This document shows positions 62,997 to 64,000 of a stretch of DNA of 64,000 nucleotides, one piece after another. The translations under genes and the position numbers were made by a program. Source of the DNA: Phoronis australis (lineage: Eukaryota; Animalia; Phoronida). The DNA lies in NCBI GenBank assembly GCA_002633005.1, contig NMRA01000345.1:62001-126000 (forward strand), given 5' to 3'. The notes beneath the pieces were generated by a model. The model was given only the letters and a program-made list of their open reading frames with translations, did no database searches and had not been told where the DNA came from. The stretch's first letter is position 1, and every line of letters begins with the position of its first letter.

Positions 62997-63659
62997 GGTC
63001 TCAAGCAAAACCGAACTACTATTTCCTTTGAAGCCACGAAATTTAATTTACTTAAGAACAATTTGATAATATAACGACGAGGAGTCTAAATCAAAAGCTT
63101 GTTTGGTGTTGGAAGGCGGCATCCGAAACACATCGAGTATTTCCGTTGATCAAATTATTCCTTGGAGGTTTTTTAAAACTACATATGTGCGAAATTCAAT
63201 TATTACAGCAAAGAAATTTTGGTCAATAGACCTCTAAAATCATGGCTTCGGTCTAGTTGGTCTTAAAAATCATATTGTGAATACTCTTGTTTAAGCTTGT
63301 TATCACATAACAGTCCCTTTCTGTTCTGACTGAATTTCGGACATGCGAAGATATGAAACACCTTCCAGGAATAATTTGAGGTTACGAAAATACCCGAGGT
63401 GTTCCTGATGGGAAGGCAGTTTACTGCCGTTTCATATATAAGTGAGTTTAATGGTTGTTGCAAAGATAAGTTTCCAAATTTTAGATTTTCTTATATTTAG
63501 AAGTACAAATAGATTGTGGGTGTGCTTGATATTCAGATTCATTATTTTTAATTTTGCAGAATTTTGTTTGCTCCTCTATGCACATTCAAGATGAAGGTAA
63601 GGTTGACAGTTTGATTTAATAATGTAGGTTCTCGTTGACGTTAACTATTGCATATATAG

Positions 63660-63960
63660 GGCCGTTACCTCGTAGTTACATTCACACACTTAATCGGTTA
63701 CGTTGCTCCAATCATAGGTTTCAAGTAGAAGTGGGCAGGCACGAGAAAGTAGAATGTCGCGATAGATTACGTTTGATGTGCGACGATAAACTTGTTGTCG
63801 ATGAGTATCCTTTTACGTTCATATAATCAGCTCGGGCCACGTGTCATGAGAGAAGTTCAGTGGAAGCACCCTAGTCAAGAATCTTTCGTATGCCTCTTAG
63901 CCGCTCCCGATATCTCTGTAATGTATTTTACTAATGGAAAAAGAGGAATCAAAACTTTTA
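63660..63960 (+). mobile_element. Non-LTR retrotransposon C-terminal remnant (CR1/L2-group-like)
   Basis: RLRCSNHRFQVEVGRH...DRL..MC....VDEYPF resembles the R.S.H.L.IE.GR...R.C..C....DE.HF motif. Confidence 0.7.
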
Positions 63961-64000
63961 AATATATTGACTGAACCGAGCAAATAGGCCTGTATGAATT

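Overview
AT-rich, intron-containing animal genomic DNA, probably from an invertebrate; the species cannot be read from the sequence. Two spliced + strand genes were assembled by hand from splice sites and reading-frame phases. (1) The 3' ten coding exons of USP14/Ubp6 (369-9411), including one U12-type intron that carries a candidate box C/D RNA. (2) A 15-exon grainyhead/GRHL transcription factor (42224-55785, about 819 aa). About 32 kb of repeat-littered non-coding DNA separates them. Downstream lie an intact tRNA-Asp(GTC) on the - strand, decayed tRNA-Asp copies, LINE remnants and possible 5' exons of a further gene. MITE-like elements, a Penelope GIY-YIG fragment, hammerhead-like motifs and microsatellites are scattered through the window. 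Two tandem duplications abut single Ns and are probably haplotype assembly artefacts. Most short ORFs in the supplied track are spurious. All family assignments are from recognition of motifs, not database searches.
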